64,000 nucleotides of DNA from Eledone cirrhosa. Its lineage: Eukaryota. Position 1 is the first letter of the stretch. Each line of letters starts with the position of its first letter. The notes below the pieces were generated by a model, which was not told the origin of the DNA, made no database searches, and saw only the letters and a list, made by a program, of their open reading frames with translations. Shown piece by piece: positions 27,879-42,094 of the stretch. Position numbers and translations under genes: made by a program. The stretch covers positions 208,032-272,031 of the forward strand of contig CAXHJY010001125.1 in the NCBI GenBank assembly GCA_964016885.1. The letters are read 5' to 3'.

Positions 27879-28370
27879 TCATAATGTAATAAAGGGAGGA
27901 GTGTGGGACTGTGTCCTGAATATATTTTTTTTTATCCCATTACTTTGGATAAATAATTGTTTCTACTTTTGGCACAAGGCCAGCAATTACCCAGTGCATT
28001 ACTGGTACTTTATTTTATCGACCCCGTAAGGATGAATGAAAGGCAAAGTTAACCTCGGCGAGATTTGAACTCAGAATGGCAAGGGCCGTAACTCTATGCG
28101 TCAAAGCATGGCGTCCGACCCTCTACTGATACTGCCAATCCACCGCCAATATTCTTATATATAATGATTGCTTATTTTAAGATTCACTTCTTTTAAAATG
28201 CTCAAATGTCGATACTTCCAGTTATGATATAATGGACTTTATATTATATCGCTTCTAGACACGTTCATATATTTGCATCGTTATATCGTAACGTTTATAT
28301 TACATATAATATCAATATGTACACTTCACATGCTAGCAGAAAACCACCCAAAGGGTGGTTTATCTGCTAG
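27879..28370 (+). mobile_element. Non-autonomous Helitron-like element, copy 2, with a nested SINE
   Basis: Same termini and hairpin as copy 1. SINE at 27955-28148. Confidence 0.55.
27955..28148 (-). mobile_element. tRNA-derived SINE, family B (other copies about 14260-14450, 36615-36792, 44470-44600, 45268-45454, 48610-49100, 49195-49370, 62750-62870)
   Basis: A-box-like TGGCAGTATCAG, B-box GAGTTCAAATC and the shared body aactttgcctttcatcc. Confidence 0.85.
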
Positions 28371-28528
28371 TGATTTCTAATGTAGATACACTTGGGTGGG
28401 GGGGAAAGGTGAACAACATGAATCCCCAGCACATGACTGGTACTTTAATTCAAAATGAATGCGGTGCACCAGCATGGCCACAATCTAATAATTGAAACTA
28501 ATAAAACCACCATAACTAAAACACATAC

Positions 28529-28670
28529 CTTTTTGATGTAGTTCTTTTTTTCTATACAAAATTATTAATTCACTAAACTTTTCTTTGCTCCTCAGAACAC
28601 GTTCACTTTCTTCAATATGGCATTGGTTGTCCACTCTTCGGAGGAACGGTGCCATCAAAGCATCGTTTGT
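28529..28670 (-). CDS. VPS39: VPS39 exon
   Basis: TNDALMAPFLRRVDNQCHIEESERVLRSKEKFSELIILYRKKELHQK. 142 nt. Confidence 0.95.
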
Positions 28671-29049
28671 CTGCAAATGGATATGAAGAAGTTGATATAA
28701 GTAGAATCCAGTTGTAACTAAAGAAAACATTATGTTACAGACATGGCTGTATGATTTAAGAAGTCTACTTCTCAACAATAGAGTCTTTGATTCAAGCATC
28801 AAGTTTGGCACTTTAGGCCAACTAATATAAAGCTTTAGGCCAGCCAATTCTTGGGAGTGAATTTGGTTGATGGAGACTATAAAGAAGCCCATGGTGTGTT
28901 TATATATATATACACATATATATGGTATGGTGAATATACATTATATATATATATATATACATTATATATATATATATAGGCAGGGTTGTAGAAAAATACC
29001 AGGGCATATATGTATATAAATATATATATATATATATATATGAATATCA

Positions 29050-30100
29050 TTTTATGTCTACTTTTCCATACTTGCATGGGTTTGCTAGGTCTTTTCCAGC
29101 ACAGCGTCTCTCCACTCGTTGTGATCTCTTCCTCGAGCTTCAGCAATTTCAGATCAGCTCTCACCACTTCCGCCTAGGTCTTCCTCTACTGTGGCTTCCC
29201 TCCAAAGGGATTTCTTGGCACTTTTTCACCTACCGATCATCATCCATGTGCATCACATGTCAATACCAGTGCAGTCTTCGCTCCTGCACACAACATTTGA
29301 TTCCTCTTATATCCAGCTTCTCTCTCAGTTCACCCATTGAAGCATCCAAAATTCATTTCTCTCCAGCCATTACATATCCCCTGCATTCACTGCCCATGTC
29401 TAACTACCATGCAACATTGCACATTGCACACAGGCATCATACAGCCAGTCTCTCAATTGTAAAGAGAAAACCTTTGTCATCAACAAGGGTAGCAGCTCCT
29501 TGAACATTCTCCATCCTATTCTAATTCTGGCTACTATGGCTCTCAGAGTACTTTGTACTTCAGTGTAGCCATCCTAAGCTACCCAATATCCAGTTACCAG
29601 CTAGGATAAGGAGCTTCCTGTCGTCTATAACTGTCCTCTTCTTTATTAAGTCCTGATTCTAGTACATAGGTGAAGGTAAGTACTGTTAGAGTATTATCTA
29701 TGACTATTCAGACCGTGATAATTCTATCAGTCTGCCTTACATTTAATAGAATGCCTACTCCACCTACCATATCCTCATTTCCTACCCAGAAAACCATACA
29801 TCTGTTCCGTATTCCTGTGAGCAGTCATGCTGAGGCATCCATTCCTCTATCTCACCTCTTCAACAGAACACACATCCATTCATCTCCTCGCGAGCATCTC
29901 TACAATTTCCCTAGATCGACCTTTCAGTGTGCTCCCATCACCCACCTCATCCCACCCCACACATTAAGAATGGCAGCCCTCGGATGTTACCTGACCGTTG
30001 TCATTGGGTTGTCCTGGGGCAGTATCATTTTGTATCTGAAATAGAAAGCGGTTGTGCAATTGCTTGATGACGAGAGGCTGTCACATGTGGCTAAGTTAGC
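29050..30100 (-). mobile_element. Fragmented RTE-like LINE
   Basis: Minus strand encodes RRLHWYW/HVMHM..VKKCQ-like C-terminal residues. Homologous to 33935-34300 and 58910-59300. Confidence 0.65.
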
Positions 30101-30224
30101 CACCTCACTACCGTGCGCAGCACAAACATTACTGGTGTTAGTCATGTATACACAACAAGTGTGAATGTTATATATTGTGATTTATATAGATTTCTTTTCT
30201 GATTGGATGCCCTTTCTATATACC

Positions 30225-31045
30225 AACACTTCACAGCATGGCCTGGGTGTATAATGTACTAACCACTTCACAGCATGGCCTGGGTGTATAATGTACTAAC
30301 CACTTCACAGCATGGCCTGGGTGTATTATACACTTCACAGTATGGACTGGGTATATTATATACCAACCACTTCACAGCATGGCCTGGGTGTATTATGTAC
30401 CAACCACTTCACAGCATGGCCTGGGTGTATTATGTACCAACCACTTCACAGCATAGCCTGGGTGTATTATGTACCAACACTTCACAGCATAGCCTGGGTG
30501 TATTATATACCAACCACTTCACAGCATATCCTGGGTGTATTATGTACCAACCACTTGACAGTATGGACTGGGTATATTATATACCAACCACTTCACAGCA
30601 TAGCCTGGGTGTATTATGTACCAACACTTCACAGCATGGCCTGGGTGTATTATATACCAACACTTCACAGTATGGACTGGGTGCATTATATACCAACACT
30701 TCACAGCATAGCCTGGGTGTATTATATACCAACACTTCACAGCATAGCCTGGGTATATTATGTACCAACACTTCACAGCATGGCCTGGGTGTATTATGTA
30801 CCAACACTTCACAGCATGGCCTGGGTGTATTATATACCAACACTTCACAGCATAGCCTGGGTGTATTATATACCAACACTTCACAGCATGGCCTGGGTGT
30901 ATTATGTACCAACACTTCACAGCATGGACTGGGTGTATTATATACCAACACTTCACAGTATGGACTGGGTACATTATATACCAACCACTTCACAGTATGG
31001 ACTGGGTATATTATATACCAACACTTCACAGTATGGACTGGTTGT
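30225..31045. repeat. About 39-42-bp minisatellite from a family A segment
   Basis: (cacttcacagcatggcctgggtgtattatgtaccaac)n following ggatgccct. Confidence 0.93.
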
Positions 31046-31255
31046 ATTATATTTTGCACCAATACTAGAGAGGTTGTCAGACAAAACTTTAAAGTTCTCT
31101 TTACCCTCAGTCACTTTTAATTCAGAGTGACTGCTCTCCTAGACAGGTTGCCTCTGCTAATACAAGTAGAGCTCATGCCTACCCCATGTAGTCTTATTTA
31201 TACAGAGTGACTGCTCTCCTAGACGGGTTGCCTTCTCCATACTTTATGGAGCCCA

Positions 31256-31313
<58 letters not shown>

Positions 31314-31650
31314 TATATACACACACACACAAATGCACCCAGTACACCTTGTAAGGTGGCTGGTGATAGGAAGAGCCTCTTGCTGTAGAAGCCGTGTCCC
31401 CCCGCCCCCTAAATGATAATAATAATTGAGAGGACTCTCCTATTATGTCAAGGAATGGCAACCTCTCCAGTGCTGGTGATCTACATGATAAACTCCCCCA
31501 GAAAACACAGTAGAAGTTATTGCTAACTGGAAGGGCATCCAACCATAGAAAACTTACCCAATAAAGGAGTTCTCTTTCTCTCTCTGTATGTGAGTGTGAA
31601 TCCTGGGTTCAACCAGGGGTAACCACAGTAAGTTACTCAATATATATATA

Positions 31651-31748
31651 CAGGGTGTCCCCAAAAGATGTATGAACACAGGCTGTGCATTCTAATAAAT
31701 ATTGCCTGTACAGGTAATCAAAATGTATATACATTTTTGTGGGACACC

Positions 31749-31751
<3 letters not shown>
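31651..31751. mobile_element. Tc1/mariner-type MITE
   Basis: TA|CAGGGTGTCCC...GGGACACCCTG|TA inside a (TA)n tract. Confidence 0.8.
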
Positions 31752-31782
<31 letters not shown>

Positions 31783-32300
31783 CAGGATGGAATCAGTTTG
31801 AAACTACTTGTGTTAGTTGAGTGCGGTTATGTTATAAGAGTCGAGACCCTTCGGCTGAGCTCTTGCCGTTTCAACAGCTAGTTCCTGGTTCCTTGTCTGG
31901 AACTAGGTGTTGAAAAGCAAGAGCTCAGCCGTCGGCTCGGTGGGAGAAAGCGGTAGTAACTTACAAAGGAGGGACAGATGAAAGCGATCAAACGGGAGTA
32001 TAGCAAGTAATTAAAAATAAAACATACACCAAGGAGGGATAACTCTTGTAGTTAGAAAGAAATTGAAATAAATGAATTGCAAAGTTAAATGCTAGGTTGG
32101 CCAAAAATATCAAATTAAACAGGGGAGATAACTTAGCGCTACTGTTAAGGTATTGAAGGAAAGAAATGTTTCAGAGTTAATTGCTATGGAGGCCAGTTCT
32201 TTAGAAGGTGCTTCGTGGCGTGGGGACAGAATTACAGGCGGGTGTTTATAGGCGGGTGTTTAAAGATCTATTATTGTATAGTAATTAAATATATACTTAC

Positions 32301-32435
32301 TTCGAGGTAGCATTTTAGCAAAGTTGTGTCAATAATTTGAGCAATCTGTCTTTTGGACTTGATAGTTCGGTTCATATCACCAATGGCAGTAGTAGTTATT
32401 TCTTTGTTAGGTATTTTCATAATATGATAGCGTTT
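32301..32435 (-). CDS. VPS39: VPS39 exon (start of Vps39_1 domain)
   Basis: KRYHIMKIPNKEITTTAIGDMNRTIKSKRQIAQIIDTTLLKCYLE. 135 nt; hallmark IIDTTLLKCYL. Confidence 0.95.
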
Positions 32436-32505
32436 CTGGGAGAAAAAGAAAAAATTTTAAGATGTAGACAACCAGATAATTATAGTTGCTTAACCCTATC
32501 ATTAC

Positions 32506-32578
<73 letters not shown>

Positions 32579-33516
32579 ACAAAATGGTGTAGGACAGAAC
32601 AAAGGAGAGACACAAAATAAAAACCTAGTCAGAGGAGGTCACAGAATGTGTGACAAAAGAACTTTGACAATACATAAACAACCATAAACAACAATATAAT
32701 AAATTGAAGTGAAAACCAACAGGTATGTGTTTTTATAGGTAGCATGACCCTCCCAAAGTGTGTGTGTATATATATATATATATATATGTCAGGTCACCAG
32801 CTAGTGCTACTGGTAACATGTATCCCAGTACAACCTGTCTCATGGTCGGGTCGTTGGCGACTAAACTGGCAACCCCACCAAGGTTTCTTGGTGAGGAGGG
32901 TGACTTTGGACATCCTGCAGGACTAAAAACAAAACCTGTCAAAGGGCAAAGGAGCTCTAAAGAGTCAATGGCCATCCAAAATCACCGGGAGAGATGACCC
33001 CTTAGCCTTTGTCAAGGCAGAATTCTAGAAGGAAAACTCTGATATAACACCTGCAACCCTGATGGTACCCAATGATGTTGACTTGTTCTTCTTTTTGGTA
33101 AATATCATCTTGGTTAAGAGAGTGGGACTGGCTTTGTGCAGTGCCTTTGCTCGCTATAAAAGCTTCACGGCACAGGCATTGCTTTATATCTGGAGATCTC
33201 TCTGCACTTGTCGTCACATGGTACCATGGGCCTAGCACTATGTGTCAATAATTGTCACAAGTGTAGTGTTTGTACCAGAGTTTTCAAGTCGCTGGCTGGA
33301 CTAAAAAGTCACACTCATTCAGCGCATCGGTAGGAGTTCTCCTACATGGATATAAACTAGTGGCCGTACTCGAAAACAAGTTGGCAGCCACCATATATAT
33401 GGTACCAGGAAAAACAGGAATAATTAGGCAGGAAGAATTGGTCAGGAGATATTTGAGAGTTCATTCCTTACCATATGTTTCTGTACAATATCTGTCTACA
33501 TGCACTGATTGCAAAT

Positions 33517-33708
33517 CCCATGCTCAATCGTAGGCATTACGTAATAAATTATTACACTTCATCAGAAAGAGAAAAATTGTTATAGTCCAAGGGGAGGTCA
33601 TCGATTTTCCCAATATAAATGCGATGACCTCCCCTTGGACTATAAAAAATTTTCTCTCTCTAATACAGTGCAATATTTTATTACGTAATGCATACGATTG
33701 AGCATGGG
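33517..33708. mobile_element. Palindromic element with decayed hammerhead
   Basis: About 85-bp inverted arms. Minus strand CTGATGA-AGT-[GTAATAA t TTATTAC]-GTAA (GAAA mutated). Confidence 0.55.
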
Positions 33709-33934
33709 TTAAGCAGTGAGCCAGAGAAAGAGGATCAAGCAGAATATTAAATAAACATTGAGACACAGTAGTGGTGAGAAGGGTAAAGGTGGGGCTGCAT
33801 CAACTAGATTGAGGTGGGGAAACATTCAAGTGACAATTTTAGAAGAGTAAGGGACCACTGAGAGAGAGAGCGAGAGAAGTTGTTGGGTGTTGCTGAAAGA
33901 CAGTGTGTCACTAACTTAGATAAACTGGAGAAAG

Positions 33935-34300
33935 AAAAACAGATTTAAGCCTTCCTCTGTTGACATCGAAGGGTTTCTCCCTACGAACGAAAGGTCAGTT
34001 ATATGATGCCTGTGTGACATGCGTGATGCTGCAGCATGGTAGTGAGACATGGGCAGCAACTGTGGAGGATATGCAATGGCTGGAGAGAAATGAAGCAAGC
34101 ATGTTCTGTTGGATGGACAAGTTGAGAGAGAGACTGTGTATAAGAGGGATAAGTTGTAGTTTGCGGGAGAGAAGACTGTGTTGGTATGGCCATCTGATGC
34201 ACATGGAAGATGACTGCTGGGTGAAGAAGTGACAAGAAATCCTGGTGGAAGGAAGACGCAATAGAGGAAGACCATGAAAAACATGGGCGGAGGTGGTCAG
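33935..34300 (+). mobile_element. RTE-like LINE fragment
   Basis: TKGQLYDACV...HGSETWA...LERNEASM...RRLCWYGHLMHM. Confidence 0.85.
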
Positions 34301-34474
34301 CCCATGAACTCTTCAGCCGACCCTAATATTTTTATATAAAATAAACTCCAGTAAAAGTAAATAAGATGCAACCTAGAGAAATATATTTCAGTATTTCAAA
34401 GAACTTTAAAGATTACATCTGATAGTTAAGCAAGTAAACAATATAGAGTAGAAAATGTATCTGTAGACACATAC

Positions 34475-34617
34475 CTCATTAAGGTAGTCAATAAGTGCCA
34501 ATAAGGCATTTTCAAGGTCACCACCATCTAATTCAGGTACAGTGTCTGGGTAGGTTAGATCTTTATGGTAGCAGGAAGGCAGCAGATTAGGGTAGAGACC
34601 AATCACATGCGATGGAT
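34475..34617 (-). CDS. VPS39: VPS39 exon
   Basis: DPSHVIGLYPNLLPSCYHKDLTYPDTVPELDGGDLENALLALIDYLNE. 143 nt. Confidence 0.95.
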
Positions 34618-34837
34618 CTTTTAAATAATAAAATTATAAATATATGTCAACCATTGTATCAGAAGAACAACAGGAAATCTTGAGGAAATTTTACTAATAC
34701 AACACTGTAGGAAAATATTCTTTAACCCTTTAGCAGTCAAACCGGCCATATCTGGCCAGAATTTTCTCACCTCTTTCTGTTCAAACTGGCCGTAACTGAC
34801 CACTCATACTGATGTTAAGGTATTGTTCTCAAAATAA

Positions 34838-35052
34838 GAGACAGTCGATTGACTTTTGTCCAGTCGGACCGAGGAAACAATGTTTCCATTGGTCTTTCCA
34901 ATTGCTAAAACTATCTATCGGTCGCAACTCCAGGTAGAACGAGCACCGTGAAACAAAATGTCTTGCTCAAGGACATAATACATTGCCTGGTCTGGAAATC
35001 GAATGCACAACCTCACGATTGCGAATCCAATTCTCTAACCTCTCAGCCACAT
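34838..35052 (-). mobile_element. tRNA-derived SINE nested in a piggyBac-type MITE (sister copy 41173-41372 +)
   Basis: Homologous to 41173-41372, which carries a B-box gagttcgattcc. Confidence 0.7.
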
Positions 35053-35784
35053 AGATTTGATATTATGTGAGATAATTGTGTAAGATAAAGCCTTTACCAT
35101 GAAAATACAATAGTAAATATAGAGCAATGTAAATGGTAAAGGGTTAAGCCACTGTAAAAATTAAGGGCATCCAAAACCAATCAGTTCAGTATTTTAAAGT
35201 TTTACGGGTTTTTGTTTTTCTATTCTTTTACTGGTATCACAATTGGACTACAGTCATGATGGAACCCTCTATAAAGTGGTAGTGCTGGTGACATGGTAAT
35301 ATACACTGAGTACACTCTGTAAAGTGGTAGTGCTGGTGACATGGTAATATACACCGAGTACACTCTGTAAAGTGGTAGTGCTGTACACTCTGTAAAGTAG
35401 TAGTGCTGGTGTCTTGATAAAATACACCCTGTACACACTGTAAAGTGATAGTGCTGGTGCCATGATAAAATACACCGAGTACACTCTGGCCAGAATTCTC
35501 TTACCTCTTTCTGTTCAAAATGGTCATAACCGGCCACTCATGGTGATGTTAAGGTATTGTTCTCAAAATAAACAACATCAAAATCTCGTAGATTCAATAT
35601 TATGTGAGGTAATTATGTGAGGTAAAGCCTTTACCTCAAAAACACAATAGTATATAGAGTACTGTAAATGGTAGAAGGTTAGGAAAGTAAAGGTGGAGGT
35701 TCGGACAAACACTACATACTGTAATGTCTCAAACAAACCAAGGTACAATACATTGCAAGATATTTAAGCTGTGTAAATACAAAC

Positions 35785-35920
35785 CAGTGTCTAATTCCAT
35801 AAACAACTTCATTGAAGCATCAAACTGGTGCTGACAAAATAAGTGGAATGCTTGTCTGTTCTGGATTTTTTGTAACCGTTTCTTCTTCTCAGCTTCAGAT
35901 TCCGATTCCATGTTTTCGGC
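35785..35920 (-). CDS. VPS39: VPS39 exon
   Basis: AENMESESEAEKKKRLQKIQNRQAFHLFCQHQFDASMKLFMELDT. 136 nt. Confidence 0.93.
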
Positions 35921-36806
35921 CTAAACAATAATTTTACTGGTATTAGGGGACTTTATATAAAATAACTCTTTCTGTGTGAGTGTGTGTTTATATATAAGAC
36001 ATAAAAGAATAACAGCCACCAGGAAGGAAATCTTGGTTTTCTTCAAACACCCACTTATGGACCCCTCCTTGATAATGGATGATTAATCCAAACAAATTTA
36101 GGAATATTAAATTGCTGAGGAAACTTTTAGTTATTCTTTCTTCTCCCACTTTTATCTCCTTTTTCTCAATTCCTTCTGACTTGTTACCCTCGTAATGTAA
36201 CCCACTTTGCATTGTATGGCTTCCTAAACACACATATCATCTTTTTAAGTTTCTGGTCTGGCAAACCAAAGATGTGGGCTCGTATCCCATGTAAATCAAT
36301 ACCCATCCTTTTTCTCCATTCAGAGGGTTTTTTAAAATCCCAACTAACAGACTAATTCTATGTAGTCAAATACGGTGTAAACACATGTTACTACCTACTT
36401 TTCAAATTCGCTAGCCGCTTGTAAACAAAGCTTGCTTTGTGTCTCCCTATTTATATACACACATATATATAACGTGGTCTACCTTTCGTGGTAGGGTCTA
36501 TACTGTAGTTAGAACTCAATGCAATTCCTTAGCAAGTAATTCAGAGATAGGTTCTGTGTTTGCCTGAGTCAATGTTTCCGATACAGACTCTGATATATTA
36601 GATATTAGTTTAATAATTGTTTCTACTTTTGGCACAAGGCCAGCAATTACCCACTACATTACTGGTACTTTATTTTATCAACCCCGTAAGGATGAAAGGC
36701 AAAGTTAACCTCGACGGGATTTGAGCTCAGACCGTAAAGGGACGTAACTATGCTGGAAAGCATGGCGTCCGACCCTCTACCGATACTGCCAAATAATGAT
36801 CTAATA

Positions 36807-36850
<44 letters not shown>

Positions 36851-36922
36851 TCATCACCGTTTTACGTCCGTTCTTCCACGCTAGCATGGGTTAGACGGGT
36901 TGTCCTGTTGTGTGCAGTGTCT

Positions 36923-36964
<42 letters not shown>

Positions 36965-37011
36965 AATAACAGGAGGCTGGACTGGTGTAATTCCTTAAAG
37001 GTTTATTATAC

Positions 37012-37066
37012 TATGAACATTTCAATGACTGAGTTCAGTATGAATCCGGTGACATCATCAGGTATT
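37012..37066 (-). ncRNA. Degenerate hammerhead-like motif
   Basis: Minus strand CTGATGA-tgtcaccggattcatactgaactcagtcatt-GAAA-tgttc. Stems are imperfect. Confidence 0.5.
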
Positions 37067-37581
37067 CGAAATTTAACCAAGGAATATAATCCATGGGGCT
37101 GAAAAGGCAGAGAGACGAGAAGGCAGCCACACATTTATCAGTTTCTAGTTCGGTCGGCTGAATGTATGTACATACACACACTGGCACGCAATTTGTCACT
37201 ACAGTGTCACTAGGGTGTCGGTGAGGTACCTTCCTATTTGAACCAGCTCTCTACACACTATGTTCAAATCCCACCAAGGACAACTTTGTCTTTCATCCAT
37301 TTAAGATCCATAAATAATGTACCAGTCCAGGGGTGATGGATTGGTAGATTTGTAAAAGGATCAGACAGGTTACTTTGCAGTATCTGATCCAGTTCTGTAT
37401 GTCTTGAGTTCAAATCCCACCTCCAGGAGTGGCAGATAATGTTAGAAATGATATCAATGAAAACACTTGGTCCAATCTTACAATTGGCTCTTATTCTGAA
37501 TTATGACTACTTAAAGACATGAAATATAATTTGAGAAAAACTAAAATAAGATATTGAGGTACTTTGTTACAATATACTTAC

Positions 37582-37699
37582 AACTAAACGCAGAGCCAAT
37601 TCAAATTCTTTAATTTTCACTAAGTCATTCACTTGCTCAGAAATCGGAGCTTTTGTTAACCTCCAACAATGATTGTTAGAAGCTACATACACAAGTCCA
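37582..37699 (-). CDS. VPS39: VPS39 exon
   Basis: SGLVYVASNNHCWRLTKAPISEQVNDLVKIKEFELALRLV. 118 nt. Confidence 0.94.
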
Positions 37700-38578
37700 C
37701 TGAAATAGAATTAAAAAAATAGTTAAAGGTTGTAACAGGAGACCATACTATAAACTATGTCCTTTTCTGTAGATTTTGCCCCTGATACATCATCGTCATC
37801 ATCATCATCATCATTTAACGTCCATTTTTTGCCACGCTAGCATGGGTTAAACGAGTTGTCCCGTTGTAAACAAGCCAGATCAGATGACCATGTCTTGCTC
37901 ATACTGGACGAATTTTGGCTTGGTTTGTACAGCTGGATGTCCTTCTCAATGCCAACCCTATTTATAGTATCAAATGGTGCTTTTTGTTATGACACCTACA
38001 CTACCTCTTTACAGTGTGGACTGGGTGCTTTTTGTCATGGCATCTACATGACCACCTTACAGTGTGGGCTTGATGTTTTTTGTTGTGGCACCTACACGAC
38101 CACTTTACAGTGTGGACTTGATGTTTTTTGTTGTGACACCTACACGACCACTTTAAAGTGTGGGCTGGGTGCTTTTTGTCGTGACACCTAAGTGACAACT
38201 TTACAAGTGTGGACTGGATGCTTTTTGTCATGACACCTACATGCCCACTTTTCTCAGACCTGTGAAGGCTAGGATGAAAAGCTTTAAATAGAGAAGGTGC
38301 ACCCTGGGCATTTTAATGATAGGGGCTCTAGTCGTACTGAGAACAGTAATATGAAATAAAGTATCTTGTTCAAGAACACACTGATCCAACCAGTCTAAGA
38401 ATCAAAGCCATGATCTTATGGTCATGTGTCCAACACACTAACCCCCAAAAAGTTTCAAACAGATTGGTATCAAGAGGGTTAACAAAGTAAATTCGATTTT
38501 AAGATGGAATAAAACAAGAAAGATACTAGCAAATATAGAAAGACTGATACAGAGTGATTTACACCTGAATATACATAC

Positions 38579-38699
38579 CTTCCAACACAAATGTATAATG
38601 GTTTCGGAAGCTCAATACTCTGGATCATGAGACGTGGTTGAATGGTTCGGACTTCAACATATTTGGGGAGGACAGCAATAATATATGGAGGGTCGTGGA
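38579..38699 (-). CDS. VPS39: VPS39 exon
   Basis: VHDPPYIIAVLPKYVEVRTIQPRLMIQSIELPKPLYICVG. 121 nt. Confidence 0.95.
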
Positions 38700-38804
38700 C
38701 TGCAACAGATCAATAAATAAGATTATCAACAATAAACAACACTATGACAATAAACACTATCAATGATATAAAAACATTATCTATATATATCTACATATAG
38801 ATAA

Positions 38805-39765
38805 CAGTTCACAACTGTACAGCAATGGTGTCTACACAACACTTCACAACTGTACAGCAATGGTGTCTACACAACACTTCACAACTGTACAGCAATGGTG
38901 TCTACACAACACTTCACAACTGTACATCATTGGTGTCTACACAACACTTCACAACCGTACAGCAATGGTGTCTACACAACACTTCACAACCGTACAGCAA
39001 TGGTGTCTACACAACACTTCACAACTGTACAGCAATGGTGTCTACACAACACTTCACAACCGTACAGCAATGGTGTCTACACAACACTTCACAACTGTAC
39101 AGCAATGGTGTCTACACAACACTTCACAACTGTACATCATTGGTGTCTACACAACACTTCACAACTGTACATCATTGGTGTCTACACAACACTTCACAAC
39201 TGTACATCATTGGTGTCTACACAACACTTCACAACTGTACAACAACAGTGTCTACACAACTGTACATCATTGGTGTCTACACAACACTTCACAACTGTAC
39301 AACAACAGCGTCTACACAACACTTCACAACAACAGTGTCTACACAACACTTCACAACTGTACAACAACAGTGTCTACACAACACTTCACAACTGCACAGC
39401 AACAGTGTCTACACAACACTTCACAACTGCACAGCAACAGTGTCTACACAACACTTCACAACTGTACAACAGTGTCTACACAACACTTCACAACTGTACA
39501 ACAGTGTCTACACAACACTTCACAACTGTACAACAGTGTCTACACAACTGTACAGCAATGGTGTCTACACAACACTTCACAACTGTACAGCAATGGTGTC
39601 TACACAACACTTCACAACTCTACAACAACAGTGTCTACACAACACTTCACAACTGTACAGCAATGGTGTCTACACAACACTTCACAACTGTACAGCAATG
39701 GTGTCTACACAACACTTCACAACTCTACAACAGTGTCTACACAACACTTCACAACTACACAGCAT
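38805..39765. repeat. 35-bp minisatellite
   Basis: (cacaactgtacagcaatggtgtctacacaacactt)n. Confidence 0.96.
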
Positions 39766-39854
39766 TGGTGAGGCCTGCATCAACTACATTCTGGCATACT
39801 TTCCAAACTGTATCCTGACACTTTAGTGTGTCACCAACAATCTCTAGGTGTATC

Positions 39855-40530
39855 CTGACACTAGTGTGACACCAGTAATATTAAGGTGTGCTGTGACACT
39901 AGTGTGACACCAGTAATATTAAGGTGTGCTGTGACACTAGTGTGACACCAGTAATATTAAGGTGTGCTGTGACACTAGTGTGACACCAGTAATATTTAGG
40001 AGTGTCACAAAATTAAGACAAATCTTATCAATTTTTCCAAATATTTATCTGAAGTTTATTTCAGATGTGACAGTGTGTCTAATTAGATACAGGACTGGTG
40101 ACAGGCTGTGGTACATGAGATGTGACACAGGTTATGATATATCCGAGATGTGACACGGGTTATAGTATATATAGGATGTGACACGGATGATGATATATCT
40201 GAAATGTGACACAGGTTATGATATACCTAAGATCTGACATGTTATGATATACCTGAAATGTGACACAGGTTATGGTATACCTAAGATCTGACACAGGTTA
40301 TGGTATACCTAAGATCTGACACAGGTTATGGTATACCTAAGATCTGACACAGGTTATGGTATATCTAAGATCTGACACAGGTTATGGTATATCTAAGATC
40401 TGACACAGGTTATGGTATATCTAAGATCTGACACATGTTACGATATACCTAAGATCTGACACATGTTACGATATACCTAAGATCTGACACATGTTACGAT
40501 ATACCTAAGATCTGACACATGTTATGATAT
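39855..40530. repeat. Adjacent ~38-bp and 28-bp tgacac-containing minisatellites
   Basis: gtgacactagtgtgacaccagtaatattaaggtgtgct x3-4, then (tgacacaggttatggtatacctaagatc)n. Confidence 0.9.
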
Positions 40531-42094
40531 TCAATTCATTATTTATATACTTTATCAAAATTTCTCTTCACAAACAAAATGTGTCATTAAAATAATTATT
40601 TTTAAAAAGTATGTCACAAATATGAAAAATTTAGAAAGTTTTATATTTTGAACTTGATATTTAAACCTGTATTCATGCAAGTTAAAAATAGTACAATAGA
40701 CAAGAGGTTAAAGTCCTTGGTTAATGACCCTAGGTTATTACAGAGATCACTTTCTATAGTAATGTCATGTGCTCCTAAGCAAGAAACATTATGCCATGTG
40801 TCTACTGAAAAATAAACCTCAATTGAGAAGTTAACATCATAAATGCTGAACAAAGGTTTTGTTGTAAGCCAGAGAAAAGAACCTCCATGTCAGGGATCCC
40901 AAAACTTTTTAGACCATCAATCCCTTCAAGGAAACCTTGAGTCCCCCACCCCACCCTGACTCCCAGGCATGTATAAAAACAAATAAGTAAATAAATAAGC
41001 CAGTAAACAGAATCTAAAATAAATAAACAATGAAGTCCAATTATATATAAACCAAAAACTTATATAAAATACCTTATATTGTATCACATTGTATCAATAT
41101 TGTAACTATATTGTATTAATATTGTAACTATACTGTATCTATATTGCATCAATATTATATCAATATTGTATGAAGGCATGTGGCTAAGTGGTTTCGCAAT
41201 CGTGAGGCTGTGAGTTCGATTCCCAGACCAGGCAATGTATTATGTCCTTAAGCAAGACACTTTATTTCACATTGTTCCTTCTACCTGGAGTTGCGGCCGA
41301 TAGGTAGTATTAGCAATTGGAAAGACCAATGGAAACATAGTTTCCTCAGTACAATTTGACGAAAGTCGATCGTTCCTAGATTGTATGAATATTGTATGTA
41401 TATTGTATATATATTGTAACTATATTGTATCACATTCTATCTATATTGTATTTTCCCCTGTTATACAAACGCCAAGTTTTAATCCTCAATGTTCAATAAA
41501 TCACCTAACTCGCTACAAATACAAATTCCCTTGAAATTTATTGTTTTGAAGGCCACATTGAAAAATATAGTCTCTAACTGGATGGTCAGAAGTGGACTGT
41601 CTTTTATAATAAGTCTGCTGGACCCAGGCTAACCTAGAGCTAAATAACACCAATAAACATCTTGTCACGAATACATTAGTGTGTTAGTTAAAGGATGTTA
41701 ATACAACAATATAAATAAAACTGATGGCAAGTTGACTAAGTCGTTAGGACATAAAACTAAATACATTGGTATCTGTTCAAGCTCACTGCACTGTGTTCCA
41801 ATACTGCCAAGGTGAACTGTGCCTTTAATCCTTTCAGAGTTAAAGTACTGATCCAGGGGCAGTGGATTAGTGGAATTGTTAAAGAATTGAACAGAATGTT
41901 TTGTGGCATCTGATCCAGCTGTAGGAGTTCTAGCTTCAAATCCCTCCTCCATCTGCTAGAAGTTACGACAGGCAGATAATATCAGAAATGGAAAGATCAA
42001 TGGAAACATTGTTTCCTCAATCTGATCTGACAATCAGTTGTTTTCCTTTTCTTAAATAAACTAAATGTAAAGATATAGAATATTTAAACTTATT

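Noticed and set aside
38805-39765. CRISPR-like periodic arrays (35 bp here, also 32 bp and 121 bp)
   Set aside because: Head-to-tail units without unique spacers, no cas genes, eukaryotic intron context.
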